Of a DNA stretch of 36,725 bases, positions 19,252-29,000 are shown piece by piece. The notes under the pieces are model-generated. The model had not been told where the DNA came from, searched no databases, and saw nothing but the letters and a program-made list of their open reading frames with translations. The position numbers were made by a program, and so were the translations under genes. This DNA is from Alphaproteobacteria bacterium (lineage in GTDB: Bacteria; Pseudomonadota; Alphaproteobacteria; CAAHEQ01; UBA3637): the NCBI GenBank assembly GCA_045643025.1, contig JAZUJZ010000066.1, forward strand, positions 1 through 36,725, read 5' to 3'. Every line of letters begins with the position of its first letter. Within the stretch, counting starts at the first letter, position 1.

Positions 19252-20813
19252 ACCGTTTTATCCGTTTCCAAAGAAAGATCGGGTGTATAAACATGGACTT
19301 GATTTCTTCCATGATCTTTAGAATAATACAGTGCCAAGTCTGCCTCTTTTGTTAAATCCAATAATTTTGTTGAATTTGTGGCCGTTAAACCGATACTGAT
19401 TGTAACCGGAATAGATTTTCCCTCGGTTGTAATAACCTTTTGTTCCACTGCCTGACGAAAATGTTCTGCAGCAACTTTTCCCCCTTCTAAATCCGTATTT
19501 GATAAAAAGACGATAAACTCTTCCCCACCAAAACGACCAATAATATCCGATGCACGAAATACTTTTTTGGCTGTATCTGCAACCGCTTTTAACACAACGT
19601 CTCCCACCTCATGTCCATAGGTATCATTTACGTTTTTAAAGTGGTCAATATCACTCATAATCACACAATAGGGAGTCTGATACCGTAACGCATTGGCCAT
19701 TGCTTGGTCAAACAACGATTCAAATTGCCGACGGTTATTAAGACCGGTCAAAGTATCCGTTGAGGCCTCTTGGAACAAACGTTCCTCGGTATTCTTTTGT
19801 TCTGTAATATTATGTAAATCAAGATACAGGGCCAATTCTCCATCCAACTCCACCACACGGGCCGACAAATTTAACCAGATAGACTCATCTTTTCGGGGAG
19901 ATTTCATCTGAACTTCAAAATTGTCAATAATCTTGTTTTGACGCACTTTTTGAACTAATTCACTCCGTTTTTCTTTATCCACAAAATAATCTGACAAATG
20001 GAATTGTGGCACATCTTCCGGCAGAATTTTCAAAACACCCCGCGCCATCGGATTAATATATAAAACAGAATCATCCAATAATTTGGAAACCAAAATCGGG
20101 AAAGGAGCAATATCCCAGAAAAAGGTCCGACGTTTTTTTTCGGCCTCCAATTGACTGTCCAATGTGGCACAATAGGCACGCATAAATTTGGCCTGAACAA
20201 TTAAAACAAATAAGCCGATACCCCCAAACAGATAAAGAGGCAACATCTCCATCGTTTGAAATAATCCGTGTTCTCTGGCCACATAATATAATCCCAATAA
20301 GACCAAAACATCCCCCAACATACTGAACAAAGCGGTACGTCCGGAAGATTCTACACGAATCAAACTGATTCCGACAATAAACCACGCTAAAGCCAACAGA
20401 TACGTTTCAATGGACAATTGAAAATACCCACATAAAAAGTAAAGTTCAACCAATTGACAGATAAAGCAAATGCTAAAAATAATTGAAATCTGACGACGCC
20501 CGTAGTGACGCATCAATAAACTCATCCACAAACAGGTTAATCCCAAACAAACAAAAACCATTTGTAACCATGATTGAATAGGGGCATAAATCTCAAATGC
20601 GGGATTGAGGGCAACCAAAGCCGGACAAAGAATCCTCAAAGTATTTCCAATGGTCCAAACATAACAAGACCGACTGATCCATTGGAAACGATATTTTTGC
20701 ATACTTTTGATATAAAATAAACCGAAACAAACCGCCATAATCAAATAACCGATTGTCTCCATTCCATATATATCAAATTGGTCACGTAAGATTTGCAAAA
20801 ACTGATTCCACAT
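19248..20813 (-). CDS. Membrane-bound PAS-GGDEF diguanylate cyclase
   Basis: 521 aa. About 6-7 N-terminal TM helices and a PAS-like segment. GGDEF domain with active site GGEEF and I-site RASD five residues upstream (RASDIIGRFGGEEF). Confidence 0.88.
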   Translation of the reverse strand: MWNQFLQILRDQFDIYGMETIGYLIMAVCFGLFYIKSMQKYRFQWISRSCYVWTIGNTLRILCPALVALNPAFEIYAPIQSWLQMVFVCLGLTCLWMSLLMRHYGRRQISIIFSICFICQLVELYFLCGYFQLSIETYLLALAWFIVGISLIRVESSGRTALFSMLGDVLVLLGLYYVAREHGLFQTMEMLPLYLFGGIGLFVLIVQAKFMRAYCATLDSQLEAEKKRRTFFWDIAPFPILVSKLLDDSVLYINPMARGVLKILPEDVPQFHLSDYFVDKEKRSELVQKVRQNKIIDNFEVQMKSPRKDESIWLNLSARVVELDGELALYLDLHNITEQKNTEERLFQEASTDTLTGLNNRRQFESLFDQAMANALRYQTPYCVIMSDIDHFKNVNDTYGHEVGDVVLKAVADTAKKVFRASDIIGRFGGEEFIVFLSNTDLEGGKVAAEHFRQAVEQKVITTEGKSIPVTISIGLTATNSTKLLDLTKEADLALYYSKDHGRNQVHVYTPDLSLETDKTV

Positions 20814-20886
20814 TACGAACTCCTCGTTTATCTGGAATATAGTTTAATAAAAAAAACAAAAAAATCAATAAAAATCATTTTTGGGT

Positions 20887-20915
20887 GTTGCAAAATACAA
20901 TTGTATGACCTATAT
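20887..20915 (+). promoter_or_regulatory. Candidate RpoH (sigma32)-type heat-shock promoter for dnaK
   Basis: GTTG (20887-20890), 18 nt, CCTATAT (20909-20915). Compare the alphaproteobacterial sigma32 consensus CTTG-N17/18-CYTATNT. About 30 nt upstream of the dnaK ATG. Confidence 0.35.
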
Positions 20916-20947
20916 ATTGACTACCAATAACAAAAAAGGAGAAAAAA

Positions 20948-22855
20948 ATGAGTAAAATTTTAGGTATTGACTTAGGTACAACAAACTCTTGTATGTGCAT
21001 TATGGACGGGAAAGACCCAAAGGTTTTGGAAAACCGTGAAGGCGCCAGAACGACTCCTTCTATTGTGGCCTTTACGTCAAAAGGAGAAAGATTGGTCGGG
21101 CAACCCGCCAAACGTCAAGCAGTCACCAATCCCCAAGGGACACTCTATTCTATTAAACGTTTAATTGGTCGTCGTTTTGATGATAAGATGGTTTCCAAAG
21201 ATAAAGGCATGGTTCCCTATAAAATTGTATCGGGAGATAACGGAGATGCTTGGGTTGAAGTGGAAGGTAAAAAATATGCCCCCAGCCAAGTATCCGCTTT
21301 CGTTTTACAAAAAATGAAGGAAGATGCCGAAAGTTATTTAGGCGAAAAAGTAACACAAGCCATTATTACGGTGCCTGCTTACTTTGATGACAGCCAACGT
21401 CAAGCCACAAAAGATGCCGGTAAAATTGCTGGCTTGGAAGTTTTACGTATTATCAACGAACCAACCGCTGCCGCTTTGGCCTATGGTATGGACCAAAAGA
21501 AATCCGGCACAATTGCTGTCTATGACTTAGGCGGCGGAACCTTTGATGTGTCCATTTTGGAAATCGGGGACGGTGTATTTGAGGTGAAATCCACCAACGG
21601 AGATACTTTCTTGGGTGGTGAAGACTTTGATGCCCGTATTATGGATTACCTGGCCGACGAATTCAAAAAGGAAAACGGCATTGATTTACGCCAAGATCGT
21701 ATGGCTTTACAGCGCCTCAAAGAAGCCGCTGAAAAAGCAAAAATTGAACTGTCCAGTTCCAATCAAACCGACATCAATTTACCTTTTATTACCGCCGATG
21801 CCACAGGTCCAAAGCATTTGAATGTGTCTATGACACGGGCCAAATTAGAGTCTTTGGTGGAAGATTTATTGGAACGCACCAAAAAGCCAATGGAAAAAGC
21901 CCTGAAAGATGCGGGACTCAGCAAAAATCAAATTGATGAAGTCATTTTGGTGGGTGGTATGACCCGTATGCCGGCCGTTCAACAATTGGTGAAAGACTTC
22001 TTCGGTAAAGATCCCCATAAAGGCGTGAACCCGGATGAAGTGGTGGCCACTGGTGCTGCAATTCAAGGTGGTGTCTTAAAGGGTGATGTCAAAGATGTTT
22101 TGTTATTGGATGTCACTCCTTTATCATTGGGTATTGAAACTTTGGGTGGTGTGTTTACACGTTTAATTGACCGCAATACCACCATTCCAACCAAGAAATC
22201 TCAAGTTTTCTCAACCGCTGAAGACGGACAAACTGCGGTAACGATCCGTGTATTCCAAGGCGAACGTGAAATCGCCCGTGATAATAAATTGTTGGGTCAA
22301 TTTGATTTAATGGGAATTCCACCTGCACCTCGTGGTATGCCACAAATTGAAGTCAGCTTTGATATTGGCGCCAACGGTATTGTGAATGTGTCGGCCAAGG
22401 ATAAAGCCACCGGTAAAGAACAATCTATCCGTATTCAATCTTCGGGTGGTCTGTCTGATGCCGATATTGAAAAGATGGTCAAAGATGCCGAAGCCCATGC
22501 CGAAGAAGATAAAAAATTTAAGGAAGCGGCTGACGCCAAAAATCATGCGGATGCCATGATTGCCAGCACGGAAAAAATGCTGAAAGAAAATGGCGATAAG
22601 ATTCAACCTGCCGATAAAGAAGCCATTGAAAAATGTGTGAAGGAATTAAAAGAGGCAAGTGAATCCAATGATACAGCCCGTATCAAAGAAAAAACCGAAG
22701 CCCTGCAAAACGCCAGCATGAAGATGGGTGAAGCTATGTATAAAGCCGCCCAAGCAGCCCAAGGTGAACAAGGTGAACAATCTTCTCAAAATGCTGAACA
22801 ACCCAAAGCCGATGAAAAGGTTGTGGATGCAGATTATGAAGAAGTGAAGAAATAA
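20948..22855 (+). CDS. dnaK: Molecular chaperone DnaK (Hsp70)
   Basis: 635 aa. [36 protein letters not shown] Shine-Dalgarno. Confidence 0.98.
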   Translation: MSKILGIDLGTTNSCMCIMDGKDPKVLENREGARTTPSIVAFTSKGERLVGQPAKRQAVTNPQGTLYSIKRLIGRRFDDKMVSKDKGMVPYKIVSGDNGDAWVEVEGKKYAPSQVSAFVLQKMKEDAESYLGEKVTQAIITVPAYFDDSQRQATKDAGKIAGLEVLRIINEPTAAALAYGMDQKKSGTIAVYDLGGGTFDVSILEIGDGVFEVKSTNGDTFLGGEDFDARIMDYLADEFKKENGIDLRQDRMALQRLKEAAEKAKIELSSSNQTDINLPFITADATGPKHLNVSMTRAKLESLVEDLLERTKKPMEKALKDAGLSKNQIDEVILVGGMTRMPAVQQLVKDFFGKDPHKGVNPDEVVATGAAIQGGVLKGDVKDVLLLDVTPLSLGIETLGGVFTRLIDRNTTIPTKKSQVFSTAEDGQTAVTIRVFQGEREIARDNKLLGQFDLMGIPPAPRGMPQIEVSFDIGANGIVNVSAKDKATGKEQSIRIQSSGGLSDADIEKMVKDAEAHAEEDKKFKEAADAKNHADAMIASTEKMLKENGDKIQPADKEAIEKCVKELKEASESNDTARIKEKTEALQNASMKMGEAMYKAAQAAQGEQGEQSSQNAEQPKADEKVVDADYEEVKK

Positions 22856-22868
22856 AAACTCAACTCTC

Positions 22869-22897
22869 AAGGGGTGGTCATCAGCCACCCTTTTTTT
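22869..22897 (+). terminator. Intercistronic hairpin plus T7 tract between dnaK and dnaJ (terminator/attenuator)
   Basis: GGGTGG (22872-22877), 7-nt loop, CCACCC (22885-22890), then TTTTTTT (22891-22897). Confidence 0.6.
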
Positions 22898-22925
22898 GAT
22901 ATTTTCTTGACATAAAGGAGTATGC

Positions 22926-24047
22926 GTGTCCGATTATTATGAGATATTAGGTGTCAATAAATCCGCTTCGTTTGACGAAATCAAACGGGCTTTTCGCGTT
23001 AAAGCGATGGCTTGCCATCCGGATAGACATCCCGGAGATAAAGAAGCCGAAAAGAAATTTAAGGAATTAGGGGAGGCCTATGAAGTTCTCAAAGATTCGG
23101 ATAAAAGAGCCAGTTATGACCAACTGGGGCATGAAGCTTTTAAAGCCGGCATGGGTCGTCAAAGTGGTTTTGGTGGCGGTTTTGGGGGCTTTGATTTTTC
23201 CGGCACCGGCTTTGAAGACATCTTTTCCGAAATGTTCGGTATGGGGGGGGGACATTCCCATACCAAAAAACACTCAGTCGGTGAAGACATACGAATGGAT
23301 TTAGAAATTACCTTAGAAGAAGCATTTCAAGGAATTAAAAAGGACATACAGGTAGAACATTTAGAACCCTGTTCGGAATGCGACGGTAAAGGAGGAAGTG
23401 GCATCCAAACCTGCAGCACTTGTCAGGGAACAGGTCGCATTAGACAGCGTCAAGGATTTTTTGTAATGGAAACAGTTTGTCCGACTTGTCAAGGATCCGG
23501 AGAAACCATTAAAAAACCATGTTCACATTGCCGTGGAACGGGACGTATAAAACAAAAAAAGACTTTACAGGTCAATATCCCTGCAGGCGTAGATACAGGT
23601 GTCAGAATGCGCCTATCGGGTGAAGGAAACGCTGCTGTTCGGGGTGGAATAGCGGGGGACCTCTATGTATTTATTTCAATCAAAGAACACCCCTTATTCC
23701 AACGTCGAGGGGATGATTTATTCTTAACAATGCCCATTCCTTTAACAACGGCTGTTTTTGGGGGCGAAATTGATATTCCAACCCTCAACGGTAAAATGCA
23801 ACGCCATACAGTCAAACCAGGGTTGCAATCCGGGGAAGAAAAATGTTTTGCCCATCTTGGAATGCCTAACTTACAAAATAAAGTGCGGGGTGATCTTTAC
23901 GTTCGTTTTCAGGTTGAAACTCCCATCAATTTAACCGCAGAACAAAAAACATTATGGGCCAGTTTTAATGGACAAAAAAACCAAAATCCCCTGTGTGAGA
24001 AATTCAAAAAAATGACCCAATCTCTCTTTGGCTCAATCAATCAATGA
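22926..24047 (+). CDS. dnaJ: Co-chaperone DnaJ (Hsp40)
   Basis: GTG start. J-domain YYEILGV...HPD. G/F-rich linker. Four CxxCxGxG zinc-finger repeats ([32 protein letters not shown]). Confidence 0.96.
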   Translation: MSDYYEILGVNKSASFDEIKRAFRVKAMACHPDRHPGDKEAEKKFKELGEAYEVLKDSDKRASYDQLGHEAFKAGMGRQSGFGGGFGGFDFSGTGFEDIFSEMFGMGGGHSHTKKHSVGEDIRMDLEITLEEAFQGIKKDIQVEHLEPCSECDGKGGSGIQTCSTCQGTGRIRQRQGFFVMETVCPTCQGSGETIKKPCSHCRGTGRIKQKKTLQVNIPAGVDTGVRMRLSGEGNAAVRGGIAGDLYVFISIKEHPLFQRRGDDLFLTMPIPLTTAVFGGEIDIPTLNGKMQRHTVKPGLQSGEEKCFAHLGMPNLQNKVRGDLYVRFQVETPINLTAEQKTLWASFNGQKNQNPLCEKFKKMTQSLFGSINQ

Positions 24048-24519
24048 TTTCATTCGGATCAATTCCCCACAGATTTTTCCGTAAAAACCATCCGTGATAT
24101 TTTTTGTCCCGATAATTCAGTTTTAAGTGGCAATACTCCCCTTTGGGACATTCTTCAATTTGTGCCACAACACCGGGCTGTAGAACAGCCATTATTTCAC
24201 TATCCAAACGGGGATGTTGAAGCAGGGAATCTTCTTCTCTGACCAAAGCATATCTTTTTTGGCTCAACATATTTTTATTCATCCAACCCGTTGTCCCATC
24301 TACTTCACGTACCTGCCGCCAAACCTCATAGGATTCCAGTATTTCCACAGGATAATTTTGTTCCTGATATACCCAATCAATCGGGAAACGTTCCCCCGGA
24401 CCTGTGCGCAAATTGACCTCATCATATTTCAGGGACATATATTCCTTGGCCTCAATCGGTAATCCAAATAAAATAATCAATAAGAAAACAAAATTATTCT
24501 TCACCGGATTCCCCTTCAC
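24037..24519 (-). CDS. Secreted tandem bacterial SH3 (SH3b/DUF1058-like) domain protein
   Basis: 160 aa. Signal peptide ([17 protein letters not shown]). Two SH3b-like units ([17 protein letters not shown]...[20 protein letters not shown] and [25 protein letters not shown]...[12 protein letters not shown]). The start overlaps the preceding gene by 26 nt. Confidence 0.65.
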   Translation of the reverse strand: MKGNPVKNNFVFLLIILFGLPIEAKEYMSLKYDEVNLRTGPGERFPIDWVYQEQNYPVEILESYEVWRQVREVDGTTGWMNKNMLSQKRYALVREEDSLLQHPRLDSEIMAVLQPGVVAQIEECPKGEYCHLKLNYRDKKYHGWFLRKNLWGIDPNEIID

Positions 24520-25045
24520 TTTGAAAACGATGACGAATAGAATGGGCCTGACGTCTGGGAGATAAAGTCATAGCCGACTTGTCTTCCTCTCCCCCACCTG
24601 CATCTAAAACAACAGATGAAGAAGAGGTTTCCTCGTCAGAAATAGCCATATTTAACTCATTCCAACACACCTGAACAGCGGGAAAAATCAATAATTGGGC
24701 ACAAATCAATCCACGATGGACAATCACAGGATTATGCGATGTATTTTGGATTAAAATAAACAAAGCCCCCCGATCCGCCGGATGTAAAATCTGTGGAGCG
24801 CCCAAAACAATGACCCCTTGTTCTTTGGCTAAAGTAGGAACACTCACCACTTGACCACAATAGCCCTTTGGGATACCAATGGCAAACCCAACGGGAATAT
24901 AGGCCCGTTCCATCGCATTTAATCGTATAGGTGCAGAAATCGCCGCCTGTAAATTCAGGGCAATATGATGGGCAGAAGTATAACTGGGTAACGCTAATCC
25001 CGTCCCATCAGCAGTTCGTGCAATAAAAAGACGTGGTATTGTCAT
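24494..25045 (-). CDS. dUTPase-fold protein with degenerate catalytic motifs and an acidic/Ser-rich C-terminal tail
   Basis: Colinear with Dut over about 130 aa (LPSYTSAHHIALNL...IPVGFAIGIP...VLGAPQILHPADRGALFILIQN...HRGLICAQLLIFP), but motifs I, II, III and V are substituted or absent. Start set to ATG 25045 (MTIPRL), 10 nt after the virB11 stop, not the overlapping 25108. Confidence 0.6.
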   Translation of the reverse strand: MTIPRLFIARTADGTGLALPSYTSAHHIALNLQAAISAPIRLNAMERAYIPVGFAIGIPKGYCGQVVSVPTLAKEQGVIVLGAPQILHPADRGALFILIQNTSHNPVIVHRGLICAQLLIFPAVQVCWNELNMAISDEETSSSSVVLDAGGGEEDKSAMTLSPRRQAHSIRHRFQSEGESGEE

Positions 25046-25055
25046 CCTGTTCCCT

Positions 25056-26045
25056 CTATGTGATTTCCGTAATGGCCCGAATGTTTCCATCACGATTAAT
25101 TTGAACAACCCGCAATTTTTCCTTCATCTCTTTATACAACTTTTCTCGATCGGATGAAGGATAAGTATGCATAATACGACCAATAAAGGCCTTATAAGCC
25201 GCATCCGGATTTTCGGCATGAATCGTTGCAAAACAGTTATCGTGTCCTGATCCCATTAATTCCCAAATAGCCCCCGCATTAGAGGTTGAAATTTCTCCGC
25301 CTATAATCGCATCAGGAGTAAAACGCACCGCCAAATCAATCACGTTTTTATAGGTAAAAGTATTGGTTAATTCTGTTCGTGGCATAACAATATGAACCCG
25401 ATTTGGATGTTGCACAATTAATTCCCGGGTATCCTCAATCGTCAAAATACGTTTATGCTCATCCAATAATTTCAGCATATTGTTCAAAAAAGTTGTCTTT
25501 CCGGTGGCTGTCGCCCCGCTGACCAAAATATGATCCCCCCGTTGAATAGATAACAATAAACGTTCATAGGGATCATCCGGATCTTCAACATCCTTTAATT
25601 TATTGATTTGACGTAAACGTCCCCCTTTGACTAAGCCGAATTGTTCCATTTTGATATCCAAATCTTCACGATACACACGAATGGCCATTGCTATACCACC
25701 CGTCAAATCATCGTTATCATACATCACATTACGTCCGGCAATTCCCGAAAAACGATGTCCCCCGGGCAAAGTGGCAAAAACAACAGGCATTCCGGCTTGA
25801 GGATCAAAGGCCAAATCATACGTATTGGCAATAATATACATGATGTTATTCAAATATTCCCGTGTTAATTTCGGATCTTCATAATAATGCCATGGATAGG
25901 CGTGTTTTCCCCTCAAACGCAACCAAATACCACCGGGATTATCAACAGCTACTTCTTCTACATTATCTTGACTGTACCAATAGGATAAAGGACGTAAAGT
26001 CTGTTCCAAAACACGATATGTATCTGTAATTGAAAGATTTCCCAT
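25056..26045 (-). CDS. virB11: Type IV secretion ATPase VirB11
   Basis: 329 aa. Walker A VSGATATGKTT, Walker B/Asp box RILTIEDTRE, RFTPDAIIGGE, His box GHDNCFATIHA. AGGAGA Shine-Dalgarno. Lies downstream of virB10. Confidence 0.92.
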   Translation of the reverse strand: MGNLSITDTYRVLEQTLRPLSYWYSQDNVEEVAVDNPGGIWLRLRGKHAYPWHYYEDPKLTREYLNNIMYIIANTYDLAFDPQAGMPVVFATLPGGHRFSGIAGRNVMYDNDDLTGGIAMAIRVYREDLDIKMEQFGLVKGGRLRQINKLKDVEDPDDPYERLLLSIQRGDHILVSGATATGKTTFLNNMLKLLDEHKRILTIEDTRELIVQHPNRVHIVMPRTELTNTFTYKNVIDLAVRFTPDAIIGGEISTSNAGAIWELMGSGHDNCFATIHAENPDAAYKAFIGRIMHTYPSSDREKLYKEMKEKLRVVQINRDGNIRAITEIT

Positions 26046-26053
26046 ATTATCTC

Positions 26054-29000
26054 CTATAAAGGTTGTGTTTGTGTGTTTTGAACAGGTTGTACAACACGAT
26101 CATCTATATCTTCCGGCATATCCTCCGGACCATTATAAAGAGGTTCCGGTTCTGACTTTTTATTTTTATTTTTTCTGTTGTTCTCTTTGACTGTCGTCTT
26201 GACATCCTCTTTGGGTTGGGATTTTTTACGTAAATCTGCGGGTTCTACTGTCTTGGGTCTTTGGGCAGCCGTAGGACGTTCACCAAATTCATTGGCGACT
26301 TCTTTTTCATCATCTTCCACAGAACGCAACCACAAATCCTCACGGGCAAACACCACAAATTTCGTTCCGGCCGGCACATAAACAACCGGAGGAATCCCCT
26401 CAACTTCATCAATTAACTTCTGCATAATTTCATCACTTAAATCAATCCAGTTCTGACGTTTTTCCTGTCTGGCCGCCGCCTTTTCAGAGATTGTCCCCGT
26501 TGAGGCAGAAGAAGCCGCCACTTCACCATTACCCGTATTCAAATCAATAATCATATTCGTTGCCAAGGTATTTAAGAAGGGCATCCCATACTTATTCCAC
26601 AACTGTTTATCCAAATAGGCCGCAATTCCCCCACGTCCCATCACATCCCCAGAGGAAGACCCCTGTAAATTAAAGGCCACACCATCCGGACGAATCAAAC
26701 GGCTCCATTGAATATCAATCTTGGCCACACCATCCACACCGGCCCCACTGGAGAAACTGCCAATTAAACGAGAACCGGCCGGAATTAAAATATTTCTGCC
26801 CTCTTCTCCATACACATTGGATTCAACAATTCCCAAAGCCGGTGAATCCGAGTATCTGGAATCGATAGGACGAGCCAAAACCCCACGAATGGCTTTACCC
26901 TGTAAAATCACATTACTCATATCAACAGGCCAAGTGGAAATATTCGTTTTTTCAATACCCACTCTGGACCAATCTTGATCTTTTTTGGGCTTACTGCGTG
27001 CCTGTAATTCAGCCCCAGGAATCAATAAAGTTCCCTTTCCCAAACTTTCACGCATACTGGCCCGTTTTTGTCTGATAATATCATGTATGGCATCAATCTG
27101 TTCGGGATCAATCTTCATCGGTTTTGGTTCCGGTGGCCGCTCACGACCATTGACAGCTTCCGGAGATAAAGGTTTGCCGGATAAATCAAACAAACGTCCA
27201 TCTTTCCATGTTCCCACAATGTTATTATCCTCATCCAAAACCACACCATCCGGATCTACAACATAGGTTTGATTGCCCCAAACAATTGTCCGGCGTCCTG
27301 CTCCCCCAGCGGAATCAGCCAAACCACAATGCTTAAAACTCACACTAATCCCAATAAATTTACCCATAAAACTTCCATTCGGGGCAAAAATTTGTCCATC
27401 CGGTAATAAGCTGGCATATAATTCACCATCTGCCCCCAGCATTGTTCCATCGGCCTGAATTGAGGCAATTTTATCCCCGTCCAAACCAATTAAATCGCAT
27501 CCCTGTAAACATCCCAATCCTTGGGCATAAATCATGCTCGGACAAACTTGATTATCCAAAGTACGCACTTCACCATTTTGTAAATTGACATTAAACAAGA
27601 CATCCCCTTGGGCATTTTTCACTTCACCATTCAAACCCAATGTATAGGTCAAATGTCCCTTATCATCCAGAACTAATTCTTCCTCACGAGAAACAACCCG
27701 TCCCAACACATTTCCCAACGGATCAATCACTGTCCCTTTACCATCTCCCAGCACCGTACCAATGACTTTCTGATTCACATCCTTAACGGTTCCCAAAGAA
27801 GTACTGTACCCAATCATCGTTCCATCGGGCGCAAAAACAGGGGCGGCTTCAACCACATGCCCGATATCACGCCCATCAAAAGTTTCCACAGAACCATCAT
27901 TTTTGGCACACGCCATTTCTACGCCATTCACATCTACAACAGTTGAATCCGGTAAAGTGCGCCCTAAATACTCACCCCTAGGGGACATTACCGGTCCCGT
28001 CCGCACGGTGCGTCCGATTTCTTTTCCTTGGGCATCAACAACCCATTTATCGGGACGAATACGTCCCACAACAGACCCTTGGCCATTAATCACACGTCCA
28101 TCATAGGCCGTTTGTCCCACCACTTTACAATTATTGACAATTAAAGGTTCCGGCACCAAAGCCCCCAAATTCTTAAATTGATTATCCCCTTTAACTGCCC
28201 CGTTATTTGCAATAGGTCCAACAACATCTCCTTTATAGGATACCACTTCACCGGTATGAGAGAGTGACCCCAACACTTCTCCTTCATACCCCACAGCCGT
28301 CATAAAGGGCAAAACCACCCCCGATAAAGGTTGTTCTTTTCCCAAAATCAATCCCGTATCCAAAATACGATAAAGTTTTTGATTGGCACCATCTAACACA
28401 TCCCCCGAAATATTGGTCCGTCCCAAAACCTTTTTGTTATAACCATAGGGTAATCCCTGGGCCACAGTGTGTCCCCCATAAGGCATCGTATTCAAAATCC
28501 CCTTTTGGGCAACCTGTGCCATCGCACCATCGGGTAAAATTTGTCCGACAAAGGAACCATCCGTCTTAATTACAGACCCATCTGCTGTAATCACACCAAC
28601 CGGTTTGGCATCAATATCCACAACAGCCCCTGTCGGCATCACGTTTCCTAACCATTGAGAATCCGGTGATAAAGCCGATGCAAAGGCCAATTTATGCCCC
28701 ACCTGTTTACCTTGTACAAAAACACCGCTTGTTCCGCCGGTAGTTCCAGCGACAGATCCTTTCTTATCAATAATCACAGCGGGTTGATAAACACCCCCGA
28801 CAACTTCACCGTTAGAGGAATAAATAACGGTATTTCCGGCCACATTTCCCGTTAATTTACGATCACCAAACAGTTGGCCGTTAATTTTGGGAATTCCAAG
28901 AGCCCCCAACGTTGTGGCGGTCGCAATACCCATTGGAACAATTCCCCCTGTTATTTGGGCTGTATTATTTGCCACAAAAGTATTACTCATCGCCTGACCA

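Noticed and set aside
20814-20947. Looked for a CIRCE/HrcA inverted repeat (TTAGCACTC-N9-GAGTGCTAA) upstream of dnaK
   Set aside because: No such inverted repeat is present; only an RpoH-like -35/-10 pair was seen.
23243-23251. G9 homopolymer inside dnaJ, a possible phase-variation or slippage tract
   Set aside because: It encodes GMGGG in the Gly/Phe-rich linker of an intact essential co-chaperone and is in frame. It is better explained by Gly codons, though it is worth remembering as a sequencing-error hotspot.
25046-25108. N-terminal 21-aa extension of the dUTPase-like ORF (start at 25108), overlapping virB11 by 53 nt
   Set aside because: The ATG at 25045 begins just after the virB11 stop, and homology to Dut starts only after it. 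The extension is probably read-through of an open frame.
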